Source: Squalus acanthias
Taxonomy: Eukaryota
Reading direction: 5' to 3'
Assembly (NCBI GenBank): GCA_030390025.1
Contig: CM059432.1
Span: 131,318,001 to 131,382,000, forward strand
Length of the DNA stretch: 64,000 nt
This document shows positions 13,711-26,117 of this stretch, piece after piece. Every line of letters begins with the position of its first letter. Position 1 is the first letter of the stretch. A program made the translations under genes and the position numbers. The notes beneath the pieces were generated by a model. The model had not been told where the DNA came from, ran no database searches, and saw only the letters and a list, made by a program, of their open reading frames with translations.

Positions 13711-13877
13711 GGCTCCCATTCATCACCACAAACACTAAATTTAAACCAGTAGAGACCTCTAGTGGATATTGTTTGCTGCAAAATTTCTGAATGTGCAAAT
13801 TGCACTTGCAAAATGACTAAAATCCTCAATGGTTAAATTTGTCGTGGTGAAAACATGCGCAGTATCCACCTGCCTAC

Positions 13878-13927
13878 TTGCTATGACTGTCGTGTTCTGA
13901 GCCGATTTCTGATTGCAGGGAGATCCG
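13878..13927 (-). CDS. Candidate small exon H (RISLQSEIGSEHDSHS)
   Basis: Weak acceptor atattatAG and donor AA|GTAGGC. 50 nt, phase 0 to 2. It supplies the phase needed to join exon G to exon I. Confidence 0.35.
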
Positions 13928-15077
13928 CTATAATATGTATTACCTCAAAATGTGCAAATTATTCATTTGAAGTCTTTGGTCAGCAAATTGGATTACTTTG
14001 TTGAAACCATTAACCTGTTGAAAGAACAGTTAAAAAATGTACTTTAAACAATGAAAAAAGTTAGCCGATTTAGCAATACACTGAACACCCAACTGGTGCA
14101 AAACTACTACCATTATTACAATCACTCAATTGGTGAATGAAGGGCCCAATCAGTCTCGAACAATGCAATGGGTTGGCCTGGTTATTCAGAGCTCAATAAG
14201 TGCATGGTTTTGTACTTAAATATTGTTTTGTTGCAACTCCTCCCTCATCCAAGTTACAAAGTAATCATAAGCAATCAAAAAATTAATCAAAGAAAAACAG
14301 TCTAGTGACTTATGCTGTTCAGAGCTTGCAATACTAGTGTGGTACAGGGGCGGTTTTCTTGGTTAGAACTGAAAATAGGTCCCTATGGCACTACTGACCT
14401 ATAACTTCAAACAAGAGAAATGAGAGAGTCATAAAGACACATGTAAAATATCGATTGAGCTAGACTGTAACTTCAAGCTAGAAATTCTATTGCAATAATT
14501 TTGGACCAAACACTATTTGTGTCATATTCTCTATCCATAAGTGTATGTTTGTGGTATGCAATATGGGGGAGCTGGGGAAATATTATTAAGGTGCCTAATG
14601 CAGGCAGAAACATGGATTATTTATTTTTAGGGGGCAATGCCACGCTCCTTTTGCTACTCAGAGGATATGAAGTACTGGCGTTCCTCATTTGTTATTTGGT
14701 TAAAGGTGTGCACCATCATCATTTTCCTTTGGGGAGGTGAGGGCAGGAAGGAGGTCAGCAGCATGGGAATGCAGTGAGGCTACCTCCTCCTTAGCACACT
14801 GACATAATTCCAGCGCACTGATGTAACAGCAGGACAATTATCCACTAAATTAGGTCAGGGATATTAATCTGGAACCTTGCTGAACACGATCTATTCTTGT
14901 GTTATGGCAAGTCAAACTATATTCTGCACTGAACCCAACATAAGCACACAAATAAAATTTACCCCACTTCATTTTTTACAAAGTACTTTTATTAAGGATT
15001 TTTCAATATATAGGCAGACAAATTTACTGTTTTATATGAAAAATATAGTTAACAAAATGCAGCCAAACATTTAATAC

Positions 15078-15182
15078 CTTGCACGCTAGTTCCTTCACAC
15101 ATTTGTGAAGTTTTACATTTTCTGCTGCAAGCATCTTACATTCTTCATTCTTCTTCACGATACGTTTTTGCACTATTTCATT
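15078..15182 (-). CDS. Host gene exon G (NEIVQKRIVKKNEECKMLAAENVKLHKCVKELACK)
   Basis: Acceptor atttacattttAG and donor AAG|GTATTA. 105 nt, phase 0-0, heptad pattern. Confidence 0.78.
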
Positions 15183-16666
15183 CTAAAATGTAAATCGCAA
15201 TTAAATCACTGAACCGTAAATGAACACCAGAATCTCCATAATGTCTTACGCAAAGATTCCGTGCAAAAAATATTTTAACAAAAAAGGCATAACCAACAGA
15301 AACCACAAATGTTTTCAGAAAAATATACGGAGCAAGGAACCAGAAAAGTCGGATGTGCAAGACAAAAAAAAAGGGAGAGGAATCACAGTACAGTGATTCA
15401 CGTAAGGTAATCTTGGCTAAAGCTGTCATGGGAAAATCACTGATTATAAAATTCATTGGGAAGGGAACATATCCAGGGATTAGCAGAAAGGAGATGGACC
15501 AGAGTAGGGAACATCATAAAGTGGTTGCTTCTAAGCTTAACTATCAGAATGTCATCCAACCCCAAATGAGGAAGATCTAGTCAGAATGGCCTTAAATGAG
15601 TGCAAGTCTTCATGATACAAATAGAGTCATGTGCAAATAGAGGGAACTTGCCAGCAAGAGGTAAAACAATTCCCTGTAAGGAAGGAGGGAAAGTTATGAA
15701 ACTAGTCAACCTGACCTGGCCTTGTTCACCTCCTTGGGGCCAATTACAGAATAGCTCTGGCAGAAACCATGCAGCATGTAGTTTTCTCACCCTCTTGGAA
15801 TGGTACATGGTGTGGAGAACCCCAAGAAGGGGAGGAGGAAATACTTCTAATAATGTGGAGACAAAATATATTTTTGAGAAACTACAGAGTAAACTTTCTG
15901 CTTCGGTGTTTTTCTGGCGCAGGACCATGCCCGCAGGGAGCACAGATCGGAAAATTACACGCATGCAGCCATGACTTTCCATCTATAAAATTAACGGATG
16001 TAAAACCATGGTCTGTGCCTCTGCCGGGAGTGCCAACAAGGAAAATCTACACTTATATTTTACTTCTCTAATATGACACTAACCTTGCTACTTTTGTGGG
16101 ATGATGTAGAATTGCCTAACGATTCTCTCACTTTTGAATCATTTGCTGCGCATTCCTGAAACCAAACAAATGTTTATTTATGAAATGCTTCTCTCATCAT
16201 AATGCCTGGTGCCTGTTAATAGATTAGAGCTGCAGTCCCATTAACTGATGGGAAATTACTGCATGAGCACCTAATGCACTCATGCCGAATTCTTATCTCG
16301 GGTATTTTAATGGAGCTGTTGGCCTGCTTATTTTTAAGGGGTTACCATCTCTGTTAAAATAGCGGAGAGGGGAATTTGGTATGAGTAGGTTAAGCATTCG
16401 TACAATGTTGCTCTAAAAAGCTAAGCTTACTAAGGCTTGATCACACTCTTTTGCCATTACCACGTAGATTATACCATTATGGCTACCTGTGTCCTCATGT
16501 TACAAGTGCAAAGAGAGAACCAAACAGTCCAATCACTAAAACCCAATAATTAGGAGCAAAAACTGAAACTGATTTAAGTCTTTACAAGTACATTAAATGA
16601 TTAGGATTTGCTCTTTTGGGAATAGAGTTAATCAAGCTTCATGCACTATAACAAAGATCAAATCAC

Positions 16667-16786
16667 CTCTTGTTTCGAATGTTGACCTTTATTGTTCACT
16701 GCAGGTACTTTTTCCTTCAAATCTGTGATTCCTTTATTGCCAGTGTCCCCACCTGGAGGCACACCATTAGAACAGTTGTTGGATTC
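16667..16786 (-). CDS. Host gene exon F (ESNNCSNGVPPGGD...QHSKQE)
   Basis: Acceptor aattctgttccAG and donor GAG|GTGATT. 120 nt, phase 0-0, no stop codons. Confidence 0.65.
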
Positions 16787-18529
16787 CTGGAACAGAATTA
16801 CATTATATACCTTAACACACTTTTACCTGACCACATTTGTGGATGAGTGACTCTAGGGGACCTTAAAAGTTTTAATACAGCCAATGGCTCAATAGATTTT
16901 TTTTTAAATTTCCCTACTATCTTTTATCTTTCCTTCTATGTCCGTATCACTCATTCTGTGCAGCTTTCCTCTCACTGCATGGGGCAGTTTTCGTGTCCCT
17001 ACTGCCCTAGAAACAGGGTGGTAACAGGACCAAAATCGTATGGGGACCAGAGGCACCAACTTACCGTGTTTTGTCCCCACAGTCCGGTTTTCAGCCGGAC
17101 TCTGATCCTGACTGCTGAAGCTTCCGCTAAAGACAGGCGGGGAGGAGTCTCATGAAATGTGTGAATCAAGTTCAACTGACACAGTTACAAGGTCCGATGG
17201 CATTTTCATCTCTGCCTCGTTGCTACAACCAATCCCTGCTCCTGCCTACAAAGCGTGAGCAGTAAGAGGTCGGGCAGCAGCTATTCTGAGTGTAATTTAA
17301 AAGGGATCCTTAGCTGCAGTTGGGGAAAGCTGGAAGCAGTTCGGGCACTCATGTTTACTGCACTTGCTTGTGGGTTTTGAGCCTTAATGACTTCCAATAT
17401 TTCATCTCCTTCTTGCTGTTGTAGGTGCTGCATAAACTTTTCCCTCCCACTATTAACGCCTGCTCACTTTCACTACTGACACTTTCACCCCTCCTCCCCT
17501 TTAAGGTGCTGCTCCAGGCCCATCAAAATCAGCCTCCTCGCCAGATTTCACGCTCCTTTTTAGGCAGCTCGCCGATCTGGGGACATGTTTCGCACTGACA
17601 GCTTGCTTCATTTAAATGAGGCCCAACCACAAAAATGGCTCAGGCTCCATGCCCACTCCATCAGGCAGAACCTATTTATCTTTCTCTAAATGGTGGTAGT
17701 ATGTACATATGTTTCTTAGCATAGGTAAAACTGCTATTTAAGATGCAAGTGAACAGGAGCACCAATAACTGCTTTTTAGATTTGCACACCCTCCATTTTG
17801 ACTGCCTACTGCAATCTCCAGCATCCAAGTCAGAATGGGTCTGGTGACAACACTCTGAACAGTGACCGAATATTTTGTGTAACTTGTCAAAAATCATGAA
17901 CTTACTTACATATATTACACAAAATAATCTTTTTCATGTGCAATCTTTCTCGCTGCACACAAACTATGCACTATCAGAAGACAATAACTTACAGACGTGT
18001 TGTGAAACACCAATTCCACTCTCACCCATTTGCCAGGAGGTTCATGAAAATGTGTCCCCGCAGGGATGATTCGCTGCGATTTTTGACCAGTTTTCCAATG
18101 TACACTTCTGGCGCGCAAAGTTCTGCGCCGGGGCTACTAAAGACAAAAGTTGTTCCCACTGGGTACTCAAGTACGGAGCAGGAAGGTGCCAAGTCTGTGC
18201 TGAGTCATCTCACGCTAGCCAGGGCCGCTGGGGTGCTACAGGTCCCAAGCTACTGACCCATATGGAGGCTGATTTTAGCCTTTGTAACACCCCAGGAATA
18301 GGTGCAGGCGGGAAGTAATGGAGTGTAAATTTCAGCGGAGATCGGCACTGTCTGATATTTGGCCATTGTGCAGCCCACTGAAGTATAAGGGCAGGCGGCA
18401 GAAGCTCGTGTCTGAAACAGGTGGGAACTTAATTAAAATATGGATATATGGATGGGGGACATCCTGCATTCAATTTCCTGACATAAGGGTGTGCAGGACA
18501 TCCAGTGCAAACCATGTCCAGGTAACCAT

Positions 18530-19293
18530 GGGGGGAATTTTAACCCCAAAAAACAGGTGGGTTGGGTTGGGGTTGGGTGGGAGGTTAAAGTGTTAAAAAA
18601 AAACTGAATCCCGACCCCAACCCGCCCACTTCCGGTTTTAACAGAGGTGGGACAGGGGGCGGGCAGCCAACCCGCTCCCAGGAGGTGGGTCGTCCATTTA
18701 AATATTATAATGACGCTGGCATGCCTCAGATTTAACCAGCATTTCAAATTTAACTGTGGCTGGTTGTGTTTCCCAGGCCTCGGAGAACATGCCAGCTAAA
18801 GTAAGGCGAGGACTGCTGGATCCAGGAGGTAAGTGCCTTTACACTTACCTCCTGAATCCAGGGTCCCTGCCTCACCATCCCCCCGTGATCAGAGACGCAT
18901 TCCCCCGAGCCCCCTCCTGAGGCCTCTGATCACCCCCCGGGGCCTCCAATCCCCCCCCCCCACCCTCCGAGGCCTCCGATACCCCTCCTGAGGCCTCTGA
19001 TTTCACCCCCTCGTGGGACCTCCGGATATCCCCCCCCCCGCCCCCCGAGGCCTCCGATCGCCACCCCCTCCGATGCTTCCAATCCCACCCCTCCCCCCCC
19101 AACCAAGGCCTCCGACTTCCTCCCCCCACCCCCACCCCGAGGCCTCCGATCGCCTTCCCGGACTCCCTCCTCCAGCCCCGATCCTTCACCCTGACCCCCG
19201 ATGCTGCTGCTGCCCCCGACCAATGTTCCCGTTAATTCTTTTTGGGTGCACGGCCCCTTTAAGGGGCTGTGTGGCCCATTCAAAATACCGCAC
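18530..19293. mobile_element. GC-rich Harbinger-type MITE; same family as 38855-39625
   Basis: Left end GGGGGGAATTTT. Shares CCCACTTCCGGTTTTAACAGAGG and AAGGCGAGGACTGCTGGATCCAGGAGGTAAGTG with the second copy. Right boundary approximate. Confidence 0.65.
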
Positions 19294-19895
19294 ATGCGCG
19301 ATTTTTTCGCATTGAAAAGTGGGTGAGCCGGCAGCTAGCAGTGACAGTGCACTAGCCTGCATATCACATAGGGGATTCACACCCTGGTGAGTGGGTCTTA
19401 AAGTACAGGCTCAGATCTGGTGGGACTGTGACTGGAAACACCACTTAGATGTCATTAAACCGTTGCATGAGAAATCAATTGAAATTAATTTTTTAAAAAG
19501 GGAAACATGAAACTCTTGGTCATGAGTTTACTGGTGTAAATTGTGCAGAAGAGAGTTCAATAAATTTTTAACAGCTTTTGAAGAACTCTTGGTGAGAATA
19601 TGGTGATCAGCCTTTTAAAATCAGACTTCCAAACTTTGCATATTATTTTATTAGTTTCTAAATTACAAAGCCCAATGTATAAAATTTAAGAACTGCAGCT
19701 TTGATTTTTTTTGAGATTATTACAACTGTAGTACAGTACAGTTTATTTTAAAAGTATTTACCTCCTGACATGTTTGACTGACCCGGGGGGAGATTTGATG
19801 CATCTCATTTGGAAGCAGTTTTCAATCCAATTACATAGTCTGAGCTCTCCATAGTTACCAGTTATCTCAGCAGCTGTTTACTGTACGGTTTATAG

Positions 19896-20210
19896 CTCAC
19901 CGCCGCTTTCTCTCGGCGCTACGTGCTGTCAACGGCTGCGCGCACGGCCGTGTTTCGGAGAGGGCGGTAAGAGGAGCGGCGAGCTCCAGAATGGATGAGA
20001 GTGCATCAATTTGGCGTTGCGCGCCGAGTGACGTCAGGCTTCTGGTAATTAAAATACTTGCGGCAAGCGCGGGCAATGGCAGCACTGCTGACCTGCCAAA
20101 TATGGCGGCCGCCGCGTTCCGTGCCGGAAGTGGGTGGAAGTGAGACGGCCGCCATTTTTTCTACAAAACCGGCCTTAACGGCCGGCGGTAAAACATCGAC
20201 TTTCTAGGCC
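19896..20210. mobile_element. Truncated CpG-rich MITE (one TIR retained)
   Basis: Ends AACATCGACTTTCTAGGCC, the exact reverse complement of the left TIR of 47963-48469. Confidence 0.7.
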
Positions 20211-20616
20211 ATGGTTCCTTAACTGAAAGCTTTGTTTACCTGAATATGCAACTTAGACTAAGGGGTTGGTATAATAAACAAAATTCTAAATTCTGGTTTT
20301 AATTACCCGGCAAACAATTATTCCTTCCATTGACGAGAGAATGACATCTATTTTGGAGAGTATTTGGCTGGTTCTCTTTACACACACAGAATTGGCGCAA
20401 TCTCCTTTGTCAGATGGTCCTTTGGTAGATAAATCAGAGTGCACCAACTTCATATCCTACATGAAAATTTAGTAATCAAACAAATTCAGTTGTACCTCAA
20501 AGCAAGTGAGTTTTTAAAAATATATATTTTGCAGGATAGGCAAACAATGGCAGGAATGAAAGCAAGTTACAATTATTTTAATTCTCAGGATGTGGCCAAA
20601 CTGGCAAGGCTGCATT

Positions 20617-21092
20617 TGGATAAAAAATATATATATGATAGGGGCCGAGGTTATATATATATCTATCATATATATATTTTTTATCCACACTTTTTGTTTG
20701 TGCCTTTTGTCCTTCCCTCCCACATGGCAGCTGTCTTTCATTCTGCCAGCGCAATTCACACTTCATCTAGAGCCATCCTTTGTTTCTTAACCTGTCCCAT
20801 TACCACCTCCTTTTGCCTTGAATATATCTTAATGTCTCTTAACCTCTCCTGCCTTCCATTCTATCACAGACCTTCCCTTTTGTTCTTTCATCCCCTCCCC
20901 CATTTCCCAGCCACTGAACTTGCTTTAAAATCTGTTCCATTTCCTGCTTTTTTCCAGTTCTGACGAAAGGTCATCGACCTGAAACATTAACTCTGTTTCT
21001 CTCTCCACGGATGCTGCCTGGCCTGCTGAGTGTTTCCAGCATTTTCTGTTTTTATTTCAGATTTCCAGCATCTGCAGTATTTTCTTTTTGTA
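20617..21092 (+). mobile_element. Penelope-like solo pseudo-LTR with a short inverted 5' segment
   Basis: Homologous to the 3' UTR/pLTR at 22460-22816. Preceded by an inverted GGGGCCGAGGTTAT and a 25-bp inverted repeat. Confidence 0.85.
20956..20992 (+). ncRNA. Minimal hammerhead ribozyme motif in pLTR (stem III mutated)
   Basis: AGTT-CTGACGA-A-AGGTC-atc-GACCT-GAAA-CATT-AACT. Confidence 0.6.
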
Positions 21093-21209
21093 CCAAATCT
21101 AATTAATTCAATTTCACAGCATGCCATGGGGGGATTTGAATTCATGATTTACAAGTTGCTAGTCCAGTACTATAACCGCTAAACTACTGTGTCACAAGTA
21201 AAAACAAGG

Positions 21210-22816
21210 CCCTCCACCACCACCCTCCTCCACCTGGTTGAACTTGTTCTCACATTGAACAACTTCTCCGTTGACTCCACTCACTTCCTCCAAATAAAAG
21301 GTGTTGCTAATGGGAACCCGCATGAGCCTAACTATGCCTGCCTTTTTGTGGATATGCGGAACATTCTTTGTTCCAGTCCTACTCAGGTCCCCTCACCTCT
21401 TTTTCCGGTACATTGATGACTGTATTGGTGCCATTTCCTGCTCTCGCCCGGAACTCGAAAATTTCATTCACTTTGTTTCCAATTTCCACCCTTCCCTCAC
21501 CTTCACATGGTCCATCTCCGACTCTTCCCTTTCCTTCCTCGACTTCTCTGCCTCCATTTCTGGGGATAGGCTATTGACAAACATCCACTATAAGCCCACT
21601 GACTCCCACAGCTACCTGGGCTACACTTCCTCCCACCCCGCTCCCTGTAAGGACTCTATTCCATTCTCCCAGCTTCTCTGTCTCCGCCACATCTGTTCTG
21701 ACGATGCCAGATTCCATACTAGTGCTTCCGATAGGTTTTCCTTTTTCCTCAACCAAGGATTCCCCTCTACTGTGGTTGGCATGGCCCTAGACCGTGTCCG
21801 TTCCATTTCCCGAACTTCCCTTCCCTCCCAGAACCATGATAGGGTTCCCCTTGTCCTTACCTTTCACCCCACCAGCCTCCACATTCAATGGATCATCCTC
21901 TGCCATTTCCGCCACCTCCAGCGTGATCCCGCCACCAAATACATCTTCCCCTCCCCTCCCCTTTCAGCATTCCGAAGGGACTGATCCCTCCGCGGCACTC
22001 TGGTCCACTCCTCAATCACCCCCAACACCCCCGCCCCTTCCCACGGCACCTTCCCAGGCAAGCGCAGAAGATGCAACACCTGCCCTTTTACCTCCTCCCT
22101 TCCCATCGTCCAGGGCTCCAAACACGCCTTCCAGGTGAAACTGCGATTTACTTGTACTTCTTGCAATTTAATATACTGTATTCGCTGCTCATGATGCGGT
22201 CCCCTCTACATTGGGCAGACCAAACGCAGATTGGGTGACCGTTTTGCGGAACACCTCTGTTCAGTCTGCAAGCGTGACCCCGAGCATCCGGTCGCCTGTC
22301 ACTTTAATTCACCGCTTCACTCCCACTCTGACCTCTCTGTCCTTGGCCTCTTATACTGTTCCAATGAAGCTCAACGTAAGCTCGAGGAACAACACCTCAT
22401 CTTTCGATTAGGCGCTTTGCAGCCTTCTGGACTCCACATCGAGTTCAACAATTTCAAACCATAACCTCTGCCCCTGTTTTTTCACATGGCTGCTGCTGAT
22501 GATTCTGCCATCCCATTTACACCTCATCTAGACTCATCTTTTGTTTGTTTACTTGTCTCATTACCATCTCCTTTTGCTTTGTACAATCATACCTTTTGTC
22601 ATTTAATCTCTCCTGCCTTCCACCCTATCACAGACCTTCCCTTTTTTTCTTTCTTCCCCTCCCCACTTTCCCTGCCCTGTCCTTGCTTAAAATCGGTTAC
22701 ATCTCCAACTTTTTCCAGTTCTGACGAAAGGTCATCGACCTGAAGCGTTAACTCTGTTTCTCTCTCCACAGATGCTACCTGACCTGCTGAGTATTTCCAG
22801 CATTTTCTGTTTTTAT
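21210..22816 (+). mobile_element. Penelope-like element, 5'-truncated (RT + GIY-YIG endonuclease + pLTR)
   Basis: FFRYIDD, HYKPTDSHSYL and YCIRCS..LYIGQTKR..RFAEH motifs; frameshifted. Confidence 0.92.
22717..22753 (+). ncRNA. Minimal hammerhead ribozyme motif in pLTR (GAAA changed to GAAG)
   Basis: AGTT-CTGACGA-A-AGGTC-atc-GACCT-GAAG-CGTT-AACT. Confidence 0.6.
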
Positions 22817-23099
22817 GCCTTAATTATCACATCTGGACATGATGAGGGTACTTTGGGTGTAACAGCACAGTTACCACCCAACCATGAGCATGCCATTGGA
22901 AGGTAATCTGCTACCATCAAATGTTACAACATCAAATGGAAGCACATTTTTAATAACTTTTTTTGCCACTTAACTAGTGAAAAGTTAGAACTTTGAGCCT
23001 TCCATCATCATATAATAACATCTAGTTCCACCATAAAATAACATATCAAGGCGCAGGTGGGGAACTCTTCACTGAAGAGGCTTATTGTGCAAGGAACAG

Positions 23100-23715
23100 C
23101 ATCTTGTCCAATTCTATGTATCAACCTTGGTATCTCATCTCCACTGCTACAAAAATTCTTATCCACACTTTTTCACCACTGTGCTTGATTTCTCCAAATA
23201 CTGGCCCTCTCACATTCCTCCATTGATGAACACTAACTTGTTCAAAACTCAACTACCTGTATCTTATCCCACATTAAGTTCCGCTCACTGGCTCCGTGTC
23301 TCCCAATACATGGAATTTAAAGTCATCGTCCACATTTTCAAATCCTTCCACAGCTCTGCCCCGATGTAACTTTATAAACTCTTCCAGCCTTAATATCCTC
23401 TCCAAAACCTTTGGTCCTCCAACTCTGGCCTTGTGTGTGCATTCCTTCCCTCCCCCGCCCCCCACCACCACCACCATTAGTCGCCTCTTCAGCCGCCTTG
23501 ACCCTAATCTCTGAAACTCCCTCGCTAAACCATCCACTTCTCTTTACCTTTAAAAGCCTTGCTAAAACCCATTTTTTTCCCACTGACTTTTTGGTCACCT
23601 CTCCTAACTCTCCCACATTAGTTCGACGTCTGTTCTTTTCTATTTTTCCCCCTCGGTAAAGCACTGTAGGGCATGTTTTTACATTAAAGTCACTATATAA
23701 ATGCAAGTTGCTGTT
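23100..23715 (+). mobile_element. Degenerate L2 LINE 3' fragment; other L2 pieces at about 36985-37730 (-) and 50640-51500 (-)
   Basis: HWL...FK....FKS motif. ORF 37087..37422 reads LADLHWLP..FKILILVFKSL..GGRAFS..LWNSLP..FKTLLKTYLF. Confidence 0.8.
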
Positions 23716-23844
23716 GATTGCTTCTAACATGTAGAAAAACAAAGAACTTTTTGAGTAAACTGCAAGGAAGGAGCACCAAACACCCATTGCATAAAACTCT
23801 CAGTCGACCTTTCCTTTAAAAAAACAATATATTTCACATCTCAC

Positions 23845-23967
23845 CAGAATAATGTTGGTCAGCATCTTCATGTTGTGTTTGATTTCTTTTTCTTTCTTTT
23901 TGGAAGTATCTTTCAATGCATTCATTTCTGTTTTCAACGTCTGCACCACAATATTGGTTTGCCTTTC
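23845..23967 (-). CDS. Host gene exon E (ERQTNIVVQTLKTEMNALKD...LTNIIL)
   Basis: Acceptor gtgttttggttAG and donor CTG|GTGAGA. 123 nt, phase 0-0, coiled-coil composition. Confidence 0.82.
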
Positions 23968-24272
23968 CTAACCAAAACACAATGTAATAAGGGGGGAGGG
24001 GGGGGGGGGGAAGAAATGTAAAAGTTGTTTACATTTTTCACGTAACTTTGCTTTCCTTCTTGTATTTGACAGATGAAATGTCATACGTTGACATTCTCTG
24101 TAACCGGCTTTCCCTTAATTGGCCTGCTAAGGCCGCTGGGCTTCTTTGATTCTGTCTGCAAATAACGCAAATAGATGCAAAGCTTTCACTTTTCTGAATC
24201 TGCAAGAAGATAAGAATTTAACTTACAGTCCCGTAAATATCCAGAACTGTTGAGATTCAAGTGAGGCACTTG

Positions 24273-25066
24273 GGGCTGGATTTTGCCAATGGGGAGCTTT
24301 TGGAGGCGGGACTCACACTTGTCAGGTTTCAGTCGCGCCTCCATCAACTTCTGGCCAACCCACGCTATTTTCCCTTGATTGACTTTAAGCCTGCCCAGCG
24401 GGCTTAGCAGGCCAATTAAGGGAAAGCCGGTTACAGAGAACGTCAACGTATGACGTTTCATCTGTCAAAAACTTGTGACAGATGAATTGTCATCGTTTGA
24501 CAGCTCTGTGAAGCTGAATTCAAGACCTCATCAAACCTCTTTCTTTTGTAGAAATGAGATGGTTGCTGCATTGGAGAATGCAACGGCCATCTGTCATCTC
24601 TACCGCGGAGGTGCGAGACTCTCTGCATACCCACCGATTGAAGCCTGCAGAAAGAAACAAAGGTAAGTACACTTTTTCTAACACTTTGCACTTACCTCAG
24701 ATACTCACCTCTCCACACTTGCAGCCATCACTCACCTCCACAGCACACTTTTGGACCCCTCCGACCCCCGCAGACCCACTACTCGCCTCGGTGACCCTGG
24801 CGGGTTTCGGAGCCTTCGGGAAGCCCGCACTTATGTGGGCAAAATGGGGATAATCCTATTTCCTGCCTGTTAACTACCTGTTAACAGGCAGTTAAGTGGC
24901 TGTAATTCCTTCCCGCCTCCAAGGAGACGGGACCCGGCGTGGGATGGCTACCCGCCTCCTGGCAAAGTGGCATGGAGGTGGGTTGGGCACCCGCCCCCAG
25001 ATTCTGCCATTTTCCCGGCAGTCCCACCTCCAAACCTGCCTCCTCAGGGCTGGCAAGATCGTGCCC
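24273..25066. mobile_element. Harbinger-type MITE; same family as 60515-61310
   Basis: TIRs GGGCTGGATTTTGCC / GGCAAGATCGTGCCC, flanks TTG / TTA, and shared internal palindromes. Confidence 0.8.
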
Positions 25067-26117
25067 TTAGAGTCAGACTCACTCACTTTGGTTTAAAAAT
25101 GTAACTTATTTTAAAACTCAACAAAGTTTCATGTGCTTAAACCACACTTTTTGATCACAAATCTTAGTTTCAACATATCCCCAATCTTGGCAGCTCTGTG
25201 AAATATCTTTCTCAATACCTTTCATTAATTCTTATAGTTTTTTTTTCTATTATGGTACAAATCCACAGCCAAGAGCTTACTGACCACTTAACTTGACGAA
25301 TTAATAGAAAATACCACATGGTTATTATAATAAATGCTGTGATTGGTGCTTTAAGGAGGGAGTCTAGTCCATAAGGTAATTTTTCCCATAAAAATCAGTT
25401 ACAAAAAAATCCTCACCAACTTGAACATTCTGTTTTTTTTTTAATAAACATTTCAGTTCAACCTCATTAGAATCCAGGGACAGAGAAACAGTTACTTCAT
25501 GTCAATCTCTAGCCAGGAAGAGAAAGAAAAGTGGCGTAAATCAAATATCAAAGTTACACGCCGATATCTGACTCAGACAACGTTCTGTTCTCATTCCCAC
25601 AATTTCTCAGTGAGATTGGCTTTCCGCAGGCTTTGCCCCTGCACAAACTGTGCACAGCCAACCCTGCTGGGTCTTCCAGGGTAAACTCTAATTTTATGTG
25701 CATGGTGAGCTCCCAGTCAGATCTGGTCCTCCCACTGAGAACTTGCCAAAAGAGCGGAGCAGAATACCTATCTGCCACATTAACAGCTCTGAAAGGACTG
25801 CAGTTGGCATTTTGAAGGGATGTGGCCATTTAGTAAGTTACCATACAAGGGGTCAAACATTGGGCTGAATTTTTATCTTTCAGTGTCGATGGCAGCGGGG
25901 GGCGGGGGAGGGGGCCGTGGATCGTGTCGGGAACCTGGAAGTTGGTGAGGCGCGTTTTGCAGTGGCTTTTTAACGAAGCCACGACAATTGGATCAGACTT
26001 CCGGGTTTCCCGACCAATTAACTGGAGCAGGTCCGATGATGTCATGGATGACTCTACTTCAGCTGAGCTATTTAAAGGAGCAATGCACAGATGTCACTTG
26101 AAGGCTGGTGGAGGTGG

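Noticed and set aside
18872..19315. Pro/Gly-rich ORFs here and at 39145-39745 and 45885-46322
   Set aside because: They are by-products of C-rich or GC-rich MITE interiors, are open on both strands, and have no splice or domain support.
19761..19880. Extra host exon ending at GAG|GTAAAT
   Set aside because: There is no clear acceptor, and its phase is incompatible with the flanking phase-0 exons.
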